Of a DNA stretch of 64,000 bases, positions 1 through 8,896 are shown one piece after another (position 1 is the stretch's first letter; every line of letters starts with the position of its first letter). A model generated the notes under the pieces. It searched no databases. It saw only the letters and a list, made by a program, of their open reading frames with translations, and was not told where the DNA came from. The DNA is from a virus (taxonomy: Duplodnaviria; Caudoviricetes): the IMG/VR virus record IMGVR_UViG_3300028591_000074, positions 160,001-224,000 of that record; one strand, 5' to 3'. The position numbers were made by a program, and so were the translations under genes.

Positions 1-37
1 TCGCACCGATGTAAATAATCTTTACTGCTACTGACAT
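1..37 (-). CDS. 5' end of a gene running off the window (MSVAVKIIYIGA...)
   Basis: ATG at 37 preceded by an AAAGGAG RBS and the AACCTTATATA motif at 116-126. Confidence 0.5.
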   Translation of the reverse strand, partial: MSVAVKIIYIGA

Positions 38-148
38 ATTATCTCCTTTCCGCATTTCTGCGAATTGTGTTGTAATTGTATCAAGCTCTCACCCTCGTTC
101 AATTACCTACAATTATATATAAGGTTAATGCATCAGCAGAGAATTTTA

Positions 149-559
149 TTAGTCAAATTCTGGTTCTCTTGCATATTGTGATGGAGTTAAATCAGTTTCA
201 GATTTCCACTCTTCCCAGTCATCTTTAAGTATATATGGTAAAGTTCCACCACAATCATATGTTCCTTCATCCTCATTGATTTCGAAGTAGAAATCATTGT
301 CCTGATTCCACCCCCAAAACGTGCAGGTATCATCATCTGCACTATCAGCGATTTCCTTAAATGCATTAAGTTTCTCTTCGAAACCATAGTAGTTGTCAAG
401 TTCGTCCTGAACACATTCCCACATATAATCAGAAATTGCAGCATACTCGCCGTAGGACATATTATAACCTTCTTCATCTGTGTCATAAATATATCCTTCA
501 TCAATCAAATCATAGAAAACATCTGTAAGATTTAACATAGCAATCACCCCTCCATGCAA
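149..559 (-). CDS. acidic hypothetical protein
   Basis: 136-aa ORF, D/E/Y/W-rich, coupled to the upstream ORF. Confidence 0.6.
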   Translation of the reverse strand: MHGGVIAMLNLTDVFYDLIDEGYIYDTDEEGYNMSYGEYAAISDYMWECVQDELDNYYGFEEKLNAFKEIADSADDDTCTFWGWNQDNDFYFEINEDEGTYDCGGTLPYILKDDWEEWKSETDLTPSQYAREPEFD

Positions 560-1200
560 TTGGATAATTTTAATTCTAAATTATCAGCCACAGATGGATC
601 AAAGAACTTTGCTCTGGATGGATACTTCCTTGGTGCTTTTACTTTTGAAGTGGACCAACCAAGCAGATAATCCACATGATCTACTAAATTAGGCTTTGCA
701 TTTATATAAGGTGCGGATGGACAACTCTTTTTAAGAAATGTCCGAAATACCATATCATCACCACGATTTGTCTGTTTCCACTTCTCATATCCGGCACAAT
801 GATTAAAACTAAATGCACAACTTCTTGCTAATACATCTGGTATGCGAATACATGGAAAAGATAACCACATTTGATTCCTTTCTGTGGCAGGTGTATTATA
901 GACAGGTTTCTTACCATCATCATATCTAGTACAGATTCCGCAAACAATACCATCAAACCAATCATAAGATTCTGCAAGTTCCCTAAAATTAGGTGCAATA
1001 ACTACATCATCCTGAAGATGCCAAGTATGTCCATCACCAGTGCATAAACTAAATGCTTTCATACAGGCATAGACACATCCAAGATGATTTATATCTAAAA
1101 ATATATTTACATCATCAATACCCTGTGCCTTTAAAGACGGAACAAGGTATTTATGCACATACCAAAGTCGTTGGTTACATGCATGAATCATTACTTTCAT
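544..1200 (-). CDS. putative glycosyltransferase (GT-A fold)
   Basis: HLQDDVVI DxD-like motif and NLVDH motif typical of GT2/GT25-like enzymes. Confidence 0.55.
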   Translation of the reverse strand: MKVMIHACNQRLWYVHKYLVPSLKAQGIDDVNIFLDINHLGCVYACMKAFSLCTGDGHTWHLQDDVVIAPNFRELAESYDWFDGIVCGICTRYDDGKKPVYNTPATERNQMWLSFPCIRIPDVLARSCAFSFNHCAGYEKWKQTNRGDDMVFRTFLKKSCPSAPYINAKPNLVDHVDYLLGWSTSKVKAPRKYPSRAKFFDPSVADNLELKLSNCMEG

Positions 1201-1577
1201 ATGATAATCTTCTTTTCTGCTGGCGTATCTTTTACAATGGAAATTTTTGCTTTCATACCATCAAGCATCTTTAATGCGTCATCAGCTTGTTGCACAAGGA
1301 TATCCATATCTGAAAGTATACCTATTTTCGGAACGCCCGGGTATATAGCATCCAAGTATTGAATTACACTACTGACACCTTCAGCATAACCATCTTTATC
1401 TGGGAACATAATAGCAATCGTATCACCTTCTGATAATTCAAAGGTATCTAATGTCGCACACTCATCATCTGACAATTTCTCAAGTTTGTCTTTCACTTCC
1501 CAAGTCGAAACACATTCGTCAAGAAGTTTATTGATAACTACATCTGAATATAATCTATGCAAATATAACACCCCCAA
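1197..1577 (-). CDS. hypothetical protein
   Basis: 126-aa ORF with ATGA overlap to the next gene. Confidence 0.5.
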   Translation of the reverse strand: MGVLYLHRLYSDVVINKLLDECVSTWEVKDKLEKLSDDECATLDTFELSEGDTIAIMFPDKDGYAEGVSSVIQYLDAIYPGVPKIGILSDMDILVQQADDALKMLDGMKAKISIVKDTPAEKKIII

Positions 1578-1651
1578 TCGTTATTATATTAGTATTCTAC
1601 CATTCAGATGTAAAATTTTCAATAATTTGCAAAATTTTTCAAGAATAGTTG

Positions 1652-1720
1652 TTGACATATATACTTATATGCTATATACTTATAAGTGTAAAGAACAGAT
1701 CAAGTATCCAAAAGGAGGGT
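1652..1720 (+). promoter_or_regulatory. sigmaA-type early promoter and leader, copy 1
   Basis: TTGACA(1652)-17 bp-TATACT(1675), then TCAAGTATCCAAAAGGAGGGT with RBS. Confidence 0.75.
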
Positions 1721-1726
1721 TCTATT

Positions 1727-1885
1727 ATGTTTACACTCACAGTTGTTTGGTTAGATGGTGACAAGTCTGAATACAGATATGACAATGAGCAGGATGCTCG
1801 TAATGGTGAAAGAAATATGATTACTGCTTTCGGTAGTCAGATTTCCTGGACTGGAATCCGAAAAGAAGTTTCAGTAGCATTCTAA
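1727..1885 (+). CDS. small early hypothetical protein (MFTLTVVWLDG...)
   Basis: ATG at 1727 follows AGGAGG; more likely start than the 1649 start in the track. Confidence 0.6.
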   Translation: MFTLTVVWLDGDKSEYRYDNEQDARNGERNMITAFGSQISWTGIRKEVSVAF

Positions 1886-1927
1886 CCAATAATAGGATTC
1901 TGCAAATTTATAAGTATTAGCAAAAAA

Positions 1928-2113
1928 ATGGAAGGAGTAAACAAAATGAGAAGTGAAGAACAAATCAAAGAAAAACTTGCAGTACTATATGACATAGCTA
2001 AGGAAGATGACCCAACTTTGCAAAAATATGTTGAACCACCACTTATCAAAATCAAGCGTGATTCACTTAGACTAGCAATTTACGAATTGTTATGGTGTTT
2101 AGATATACTATGA
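1928..2113 (+). CDS. hypothetical protein
   Basis: ORF in the early operon; GGAG RBS before ATG at about 1946. Confidence 0.5.
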   Translation: MEGVNKMRSEEQIKEKLAVLYDIAKEDDPTLQKYVEPPLIKIKRDSLRLAIYELLWCLDIL

Positions 2114-2131
2114 TAAGAAAGGAGAACGGAA

Positions 2132-2302
2132 ATGAGATCAATTTTTGATGACTATATAACAGATGAGTGCAAAAACTGCCCATGTTGACATGATGGAAGC
2201 GACTTGAAAAGTTACGGATGCGGGACACCAACGAAAATTGATTTGTGTCCGGCATTTAAGGAAACAATGGAACTATATGAGCGAAAGGAGAGATGGATAT
2301 GA
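2132..2302 (+). pseudogene. Cys-rich small ORF interrupted by an in-frame TGA
   Basis: AAAGGAG RBS, ATG 2132, reads MRSIFDDYITDECKNCPC*HDGSDLKSYGCGTPTKIDLCPAF..., ends in ATGA overlap with the next gene. Confidence 0.5.
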
Positions 2303-2568
2303 AAAAGAATTTAACATACATATACAGAAAACTTAACAAACCCATCACACAAGAATTATCTGCTGAAGAGGAATATGAAGTGTTGTCTGAAACGGAGAAA
2401 AGTTTGTATGTACTTCGTGAACAGATGTTAACAGGAAAGATACCGCTTAGTGCAAATGGAAATGAAACTTGTTATCAAGATGCTATAAGTTTTACATTAC
2501 ATTTGGCAGTACAGGACAATTTAATCACACAGGATGAAAGTGACAGACTGTATGAGAAATATATCTAA
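2293..2568 (+). CDS. hypothetical protein
   Basis: 91-aa ORF with AAAGGAG RBS. Confidence 0.55.
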   Translation: MDMKKNLTYIYRKLNKPITQELSAEEEYEVLSETEKSLYVLREQMLTGKIPLSANGNETCYQDAISFTLHLAVQDNLITQDESDRLYEKYI

Positions 2569-2583
2569 AGGAGGAATTGTAAT

Positions 2584-2835
2584 TTGGCAACATCAGAAGC
2601 ATTAAAGAAAGCTATTAGAAAATATGACAAGGAGCATACTAAGCAGATCCTACTAAAACTGAATAAGGGTACGGATGCAGATATACTACAAAAACTGGAT
2701 GAAGTCGATAATAAACAGGGATATATAAAGGGCCTGATCCGAGATGACATTAAATCCGGAACGCAGAAGCAGGATGTGAATACACATTCAGAAAATGAGG
2801 TGGTCAATGATGGGGACAAACAGGACAACATTTGA
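2584..2835 (+). CDS. small putative DNA-binding protein (RHH/Arc-like)
   Basis: AGGAGG RBS; KKAIRKYDKEHTKQILLKLN...NKQGYIKGLIR pattern common in Firmicutes phage small regulators. Confidence 0.5.
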   Translation: MATSEALKKAIRKYDKEHTKQILLKLNKGTDADILQKLDEVDNKQGYIKGLIRDDIKSGTQKQDVNTHSENEVVNDGDKQDNI

Positions 2836-3097
2836 AAAGCATTACGACTACATTACAAGAGTTGCACCTAAACTTATAGAAGCTGAACGTACTGTAGACG
2901 AGATCAAGCATTCAAAAGAATGGAAAGAAGCCTACGGATACTTCCAGACGCTATATAACCGTGGACATCTAAAAGAACGTCCTACTCAGAAAAACGGATA
3001 TAAGATAATCGCCGGACACAATATTGTAAGTATATCTGACATAGAAGATATACTTACCGAAGAACAGTTGCAGATCATCCGTGAAAGAATTTTGTAA
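2795..3097 (+). CDS. hypothetical protein
   Basis: ORF with GAGGTG RBS, overlapping the previous gene. Confidence 0.5.
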   Translation: MRWSMMGTNRTTFEKHYDYITRVAPKLIEAERTVDEIKHSKEWKEAYGYFQTLYNRGHLKERPTQKNGYKIIAGHNIVSISDIEDILTEEQLQIIRERIL

Positions 3098-3117
3098 AAA
3101 TATTTTCATTATAGGTA

Positions 3118-3188
3118 TTGACTTTTTATACATATTAGTATATACTTATACTTGTAAGGAACGAATATCAAGTATCCAAAAGGAGGGT
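3118..3188 (+). promoter_or_regulatory. sigmaA-type early promoter and leader, copy 2
   Basis: TTGACT(3118)-17 bp-TATACT(3141); same 21-bp TCAAGTATCCAAAAGGAGGGT as at 1700-1720. Confidence 0.75.
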
Positions 3189-3195
3189 ATCAAAT

Positions 3196-3882
3196 ATGTG
3201 TACAGAGAATATGGATAAGATGATTGAAAAGATCAGTAACCTGCTTGATTTGGCAAACAATAATCCGAATGAACATGAAGCGTTGGCAGCTGCTCTGAAA
3301 GCACAGGAGCTTATGGCTAAATATCACATCGAACTTGCAGATTTGGATCATGATGCAGGAGTTGAAATTGTGGAAGAATCTTGTGGAGTTGATGTTTCCG
3401 GTCCATCCAAATGGAAAGTAAAGTTGGCAAATATCATTGCAGAAAACTTCTGTTGTAAGGTATACCATAGGGAAGAACGTAGCATCTTTAGTCGCACATC
3501 CAGGAACTATGTTGTATTCTACGGATATGAGCATGATGCAAAGATTGCAAAGGAAGTATTTACCTTCCTGTTCAATACCGGAATCAAATTGGCAAGACAT
3601 GAATACTACGAAGCAAAGAAAGCCGGAAAGTACACAAAATATGTAATGAATACATATCTCATGGGATTCTGTGATGGAATCGGTGAAGTTCTTGCAAAAC
3701 AGTGCACAGCACTTATGGTAGTAACTCCGAAAGAAGTAATTGACTCTTATAATGAAATGTCACAGGGATTTAAGGTACAAAAATCAAGAGTAACTATCAA
3801 TAGTGATTCTGGTGTTTATGAGCGAGGAATCCGAGATGGTAAAGATGTTGCAAATGCAAGATCAATAGAAAAAGCATGTTGA
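3196..3882 (+). CDS. DUF2786-domain protein
   Basis: N-terminal IEKISNLLDLA-NNPNEHEA-AAALKAQELMAKY signature. Confidence 0.75.
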   Translation: MCTENMDKMIEKISNLLDLANNNPNEHEALAAALKAQELMAKYHIELADLDHDAGVEIVEESCGVDVSGPSKWKVKLANIIAENFCCKVYHREERSIFSRTSRNYVVFYGYEHDAKIAKEVFTFLFNTGIKLARHEYYEAKKAGKYTKYVMNTYLMGFCDGIGEVLAKQCTALMVVTPKEVIDSYNEMSQGFKVQKSRVTINSDSGVYERGIRDGKDVANARSIEKAC

Positions 3883-3898
3883 AAGGATGTGAATTCAT

Positions 3899-4075
3899 AT
3901 GAATAGATATACAGTAGAATTCAAATATGCAGATATCCTGTCAGGTTGGGAATGGAGAAATCAGAGTTGTTCTGTATATGCAGATAATGAATCCGGAGCA
4001 AGAAGAGAATGCATAAAGATTTACGGACTTGGTGTAGATTGTGACTATCAGATCACAAAAGTCACGATGGAATAG
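3899..4075 (+). CDS. 58-aa hypothetical protein (not in ORF track)
   Basis: ATG 3899 after AAAGGA; reads MNRYTVEFKYADILSGWEWRNQSC...; TAG at 4073-4075. Confidence 0.55.
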   Translation: MNRYTVEFKYADILSGWEWRNQSCSVYADNESGARRECIKIYGLGVDCDYQITKVTME

Positions 4076-4092
4076 AAAGGGGTGTAAATGTT

Positions 4093-4686
4093 ATGACGAA
4101 GAAAGAACTGTGTAAGATTTTTACAGATAAAGTTACAGAATATATCAGAAATGGGTATGTAATCACTCCAAATAGTTTCTCCGGGTCTGATGGGACAAGC
4201 CGTGTGGACTTGGTTAAAGATGATAGTTTCACCAGAATTTATATGGATGAAGAACCTGATTTTGATTCATATATGGATAGAATCTACATTAGGGTTGCAG
4301 AAAGAAAACTGATCGGACAAGAAAAGAAAAATATCTACAATATGGATATTATCTGGACAAGTGAACTTACAACAATCTATGAACTTAGTTTCATCGTCAT
4401 CAGTAAGTATAGGCATCCATACTACGTTACAGAGGAAGAATATGCGGAACTTAAAGATAAGATTGCGGAAAGAAATAGACGCAGATATGATAAGTATGCA
4501 TCCGCATTACGAAAGATCTATACATTCCCGGATAGTGCAAAGAAAATTGTTCTACCATTCATTCAGAGTAAACCAAAATGCAAATCCGTAAAACTGAAAG
4601 ATATTGGAAAAGTTGAAAAGTATGTATATGATGACTTCGTAACCTACAAAGTTTACTGCAAAGGTAAAACTTATACACTTCACTGA
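4093..4686 (+). CDS. hypothetical protein
   Basis: 197-aa ORF with RBS. Confidence 0.6.
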   Translation: MTKKELCKIFTDKVTEYIRNGYVITPNSFSGSDGTSRVDLVKDDSFTRIYMDEEPDFDSYMDRIYIRVAERKLIGQEKKNIYNMDIIWTSELTTIYELSFIVISKYRHPYYVTEEEYAELKDKIAERNRRRYDKYASALRKIYTFPDSAKKIVLPFIQSKPKCKSVKLKDIGKVEKYVYDDFVTYKVYCKGKTYTLH

Positions 4687-4783
4687 TGTAACTTAAATTC
4701 ACTATATAAAAATAGCAAATCAATACGGAAAGAATATGTATTGGATTATGACCAAATCGAAACTACAGTAGTACTTATATAGT

Positions 4784-4824
4784 AAAATAAAACCCTTTGA
4801 AAATCTCCAAAGGGTTTTATTTTT
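4784..4824. terminator. bidirectional intrinsic terminator
   Basis: AAAATAAAACCCTTTG...CAAAGGGTTTTATTTT hairpin with A/T tails. Confidence 0.75.
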
Positions 4825-4894
4825 ATATTGACTGTATATTCAATACATTGTAAAATGATTGTAGTGAATAATTTAATTAGGGAGGATATTTAAT

Positions 4895-7222
4895 ATGAAT
4901 AGGGTATGTGCATTATGTGGTAACACATTTGAAACCAATAGTCCAAGACAGAAATATTGTAATGCGGATATCATAATAAATTGCATAGTATGTGGAAAGC
5001 CGATACATACGAAGTGTAATCCTAAAAGAGTTTCTGTATGTGGTAGGTCCTGTTCTGCTAAAGCATCTACTAAGAAACTATTCACCTGCGCTATCTGTGG
5101 TAGTAAATTCACACCAGCATCTTCAAGACAGAAATATTGTAAGAAACCTATAAAAAAGATATGTGCAGTTTGCGGAAACACATATGAATCATTCTGCGGA
5201 GATATTGACAGAAATACATGCGGCAAGAAGGCATGTAAAGTTGAATATACACATAAAATGTCAGTAAATCACTATTTAGCAACAAATAGGATATGTGCTA
5301 TTTGTGGAAAAGCATTTCATCCAGTAAACAACACACAAAAATATTGCAAAGTAATGCATGAAATTAACTGTGTAGTATGCGGAAAAGAATTTATAACAGA
5401 CACAAGTAAACAAGATTTTGCAAAAACATGCTCTATGGAGTGCCACTATAAATTGGCAAGTGCAAATAAATCTGAAGAAACAAAGAAAGCTGCAATTATA
5501 AAAGCACGAAAAACATACAAAGATCGTACTGGATATGATATGCCTATGCATAATCCAAAAGTGATAGAAAAGATTAAGCAGACGAATGTAGATAGATACG
5601 GTGATACTGCATTTGTTCGTACAGATGCATATATAGAAAAAGCAATACAGACAAATCGTGATAGGTATGGAACAGATTGGCCTGGACAATCCGATCAAGT
5701 AAAGGAAAAACGTAGAAACACAAATATGAAAAAATATGGTGTCGAAAACCCGGCATCTTTGGAAGTCTATATTCAAAAAGCAAGGGAAACTTATTTTAAG
5801 AAAACTGGGTATATCCACCCATCAGTTAATCCGGATGTTATTGAAAAACGAAATCAGACTAATATCAAAAAATATGGTAGTGTAGGTATTCTAAATAATC
5901 CGGATGTAAAATCAAAATACCAAAAAACTATGATTGAACACTATAATGTTACAAGTCCCCAATTATCTGAAGAAATTCGCAATAAGACTTATGAAACAAA
6001 TTTACAGAGATATGGGAATATATCGTACTTAGGTTCAAAACAAAATCAAGATTATGTCCAACATGTGATGATGGAACTCCATGGAAAGAGACGATATTCA
6101 CAGACTGCTGATTGGAAATCTGATAGGATGGCTGATCCATCGAAAGTGGATGAATGGGTGAAATTTTTAGACGATCCTAAAGGATATTTATGCAGATATG
6201 ATGAACTACCTACAATGCACAAATTGGAATTAGACTTAGGTGTTACAGAAACAACTATCGGATACTGGGTCAATTATTACAATCTTTCTGAGTATATAAA
6301 ATATACATTATCCGGTATGGAAGATGAACTTGTAGATTTCATAAAATCTGTAGATCCAACCATATATGTAAAACGGCATGAACGAAAATTGATTAGTGGA
6401 TACGAATTGGATTTATATCTACCAGACTACAAATTAGCAATCGAATGCAATCCAACTTGTACACACAATTCAAGTATGTCTGATCCTTGGGGTAGTAGTC
6501 CAAAATTACCTTCATACCACAAAAAGAAAACAGATTTATGTGAAGAACATGGTGTATTCTTATTTCACATTTTTGGCTATGAATGGAAATATAAACGGGA
6601 TATTATTAAATCAATGATTCGAGGATTACTTAGTAAATCTGAAAATAGAATTTATGCCAGAAATTGTGATATACGAAATGTATCCGCATCAGACGCAAAT
6701 AAGTTTTTAGACAAAAATCATAAGCAGGGTGCATCCGGTTCATCCATACGATTAGGATTATATTACAACAATGAACTTGTAAGCCTAATGACATTTGGAA
6801 AAATGAGGTACACAATAGGCACATCCAAAAGAGAAGATTTATCAGATTGTTGGGAGCTTATAAGATTCTGTTCAAAATTAAATACATCTGTAGTTGGTGG
6901 TGCAAGTAAATTATTCAAACATTTTATAATAAACACCAAACCTAAAAGAGTTAGATCATTTTCTGATAGGGCACATACAAAAGGTACATTATATTCAATA
7001 TTAGGATTTACAGAAATAAGAAGAAGTAAGCCATCATATGTTTGGGTAGATAGCAGAACAGATGAAAGTTACCACAGATACAATTCTCAAAAGAAAAATT
7101 TAATTAGGTTTCTGCACGATGATGCAATTGATTTAACAAAATCAGAAAAACAAATTATGGAAGAACATGGATTCCTACAGGTCTATGATTCTGGTACAAT
7201 TACATGGGAATGGAAAAAATAA
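4895..7222 (+). CDS. Hef-like (Vsr/PD-(D/E)XK-type) homing endonuclease with tandem zinc-ribbon and KxTNxxRYG repeats
   Basis: about 6 CxxCG repeats, 6-7 TNxx(K/R)YG-type repeats, YELDLYLPDYKLAIECN nuclease core, YHKKK, C-terminal RFCSKLNTSVVGGASKLF and VYDSG motifs. Confidence 0.7.
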   Translation: MNRVCALCGNTFETNSPRQKYCNADIIINCIVCGKPIHTKCNPKRVSVCGRSCSAKASTKKLFTCAICGSKFTPASSRQKYCKKPIKKICAVCGNTYESFCGDIDRNTCGKKACKVEYTHKMSVNHYLATNRICAICGKAFHPVNNTQKYCKVMHEINCVVCGKEFITDTSKQDFAKTCSMECHYKLASANKSEETKKAAIIKARKTYKDRTGYDMPMHNPKVIEKIKQTNVDRYGDTAFVRTDAYIEKAIQTNRDRYGTDWPGQSDQVKEKRRNTNMKKYGVENPASLEVYIQKARETYFKKTGYIHPSVNPDVIEKRNQTNIKKYGSVGILNNPDVKSKYQKTMIEHYNVTSPQLSEEIRNKTYETNLQRYGNISYLGSKQNQDYVQHVMMELHGKRRYSQTADWKSDRMADPSKVDEWVKFLDDPKGYLCRYDELPTMHKLELDLGVTETTIGYWVNYYNLSEYIKYTLSGMEDELVDFIKSVDPTIYVKRHERKLISGYELDLYLPDYKLAIECNPTCTHNSSMSDPWGSSPKLPSYHKKKTDLCEEHGVFLFHIFGYEWKYKRDIIKSMIRGLLSKSENRIYARNCDIRNVSASDANKFLDKNHKQGASGSSIRLGLYYNNELVSLMTFGKMRYTIGTSKREDLSDCWELIRFCSKLNTSVVGGASKLFKHFIINTKPKRVRSFSDRAHTKGTLYSILGFTEIRRSKPSYVWVDSRTDESYHRYNSQKKNLIRFLHDDAIDLTKSEKQIMEEHGFLQVYDSGTITWEWKK

Positions 7223-7223
7223 A

Positions 7224-7262
7224 AAAATAAAGCCTTCAGATTTCTCTGAAGGCTTTATTTTT
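7224..7262. terminator. bidirectional terminator between convergent genes
   Basis: AAAAATAAAGCCTTCAGA-TTTC-TCTGAAGGCTTTATTTTT. Confidence 0.8.
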
Positions 7263-7310
7263 ATATTGAGACGAGGGTGAGAGTTTTCGTCTTATAAAAT
7301 TTGGTAGGTC

Positions 7311-8849
7311 TTAGAATACACCAAGAATCTTACCCTTTACTACAGTCGCGGGATTCACGATTTCCATAGCCATCATGCTTGCAAATCCCTGCTGTACTGA
7401 AGCATTTGCAAGTCCGATTGCATCTGTATTCGTAATCGGCATATATTCACCGAACAGACCGGAGTTTCTACGAAGGTCGTTACTCTTGCAGCACATTACC
7501 CATGTATCCGGATTGTAGTTCGGGTCGCAGTAAACTTCAAACTGATCCAGCTTACCGGACTTGAACGGACCAACATTATCAGTTGTGCTATCTGCCTGGA
7601 AGCCATTAATCTGCTTGAGGTAGGAGTTTACATTTGTACCAACAATCAGACGGTTCGGCTGAGAAAGACGAGTTGCCTGATAGATAGAAGCAGCTGCCTG
7701 ATCCAGTTTCAGCTTGAACATCTGGAGGTAATCAGACGGAACAACTGCACCTGTCAGTACCGGAGATGCATCCCAGTTGAAGTTCGGATTGTAAGTAGCA
7801 GCCTCAGCCATCTTTGCAAAACCTCTGGAGTTGATTTCTGCGGTCAGCTCTGAGAAAGCGGCATCCTTAGACATCTCAGCGATGTTTGCGCCATATTCCT
7901 GACTAGCTGCAAATGCAGAATATACAGACCAGTAGCAAGCAAGTTCATATGCTTCTGCTACAAGGTTAATCTCATCCAGCTGCAGGTAGCCCTTAGCCAT
8001 CTGTGCACCATAGTCATAACCATAACCACCGTTGCCAGGTGTTCTAGGTCCAACATTCTCGTTGTCATACTGATAAGTGATCTTTACATCATTACCAGCT
8101 GCCGGAGTAAACAGACCGGATGTGCTAACAGTACCTGTAGAGTAATCAATGTAACCAACCGGAGTTGTGGAACCTGCTACTACAATGTTACCGTTTCCAT
8201 CATCAACATAGTCAACAGTAGCTGTACCATCGAAGTACTTGATAGTTACGGACTTCGGAAGAACCGGAGTATAAACGATTGCAAGGTTGTCGGTAATCTC
8301 AGTACCTTCAGCCATAAGCTCGTTCTTTACTACACGTCCTGTGAAGTTCGGATCAAGACCCTGACGGTTTACGAACGGACTATTCAGGATATCGCCAGCC
8401 TTTGTCTCACCCTTTGTGTTCTCAGCGATGAACTTGAAGTAAGGGATCAGCTGTTGACGAGACTTCATTGCTACAGAACCATATACATCAAGTACAAGCA
8501 GCTTCTGAACGAACATAGGAAGCAGTTCGATGAAGTCGGGGCGAGCCATGATGTTAGTTGTATTTGTTGCGGCAGTTACTGCCTGAGCGGAACGTCTCAT
8601 GTTCTGCTGAAGTTGACGGGTAAACATCTTCTGCTCAGGTGTCAGACCTGCAAGTGGAGCATTAGACAGAGATGCCTTACGATTCTGAACACCAGCTGTA
8701 ATGCTTGTTCCAGCAGTAATAGGACGACGCATAGCCGGACGAGCCTGTGCTACACTCTTAAATGACGGACGAGCCTGTGCTACACCACGGGAAGCGGTAA
8801 TCTTCCGTGAAGATGGAGTAGCCCTATGGATTGTCTTTTTAATAGCCAT
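7311..8849 (-). CDS. major capsid protein (T4 gp23-like)
   Basis: 512 aa, biased codon usage, Arg-rich propeptide, ELTAEIN motif, GKLDQFEVYCDP and GLFGEYMP C-terminal motifs; adjacent to the prohead protease. Confidence 0.8.
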   Translation of the reverse strand: MAIKKTIHRATPSSRKITASRGVAQARPSFKSVAQARPAMRRPITAGTSITAGVQNRKASLSNAPLAGLTPEQKMFTRQLQQNMRRSAQAVTAATNTTNIMARPDFIELLPMFVQKLLVLDVYGSVAMKSRQQLIPYFKFIAENTKGETKAGDILNSPFVNRQGLDPNFTGRVVKNELMAEGTEITDNLAIVYTPVLPKSVTIKYFDGTATVDYVDDGNGNIVVAGSTTPVGYIDYSTGTVSTSGLFTPAAGNDVKITYQYDNENVGPRTPGNGGYGYDYGAQMAKGYLQLDEINLVAEAYELACYWSVYSAFAASQEYGANIAEMSKDAAFSELTAEINSRGFAKMAEAATYNPNFNWDASPVLTGAVVPSDYLQMFKLKLDQAAASIYQATRLSQPNRLIVGTNVNSYLKQINGFQADSTTDNVGPFKSGKLDQFEVYCDPNYNPDTWVMCCKSNDLRRNSGLFGEYMPITNTDAIGLANASVQQGFASMMAMEIVNPATVVKGKILGVF

Positions 8850-8896
8850 AATTCTATTGTCTCCTTTGATAAATATTTTATAAATCTCGACTGATT

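Noticed and set aside
8737-8786. 19-bp direct repeat in the capsid gene 5' end
   Set aside because: Explained by the VAQARP peptide duplication in the propeptide; not a separate element.
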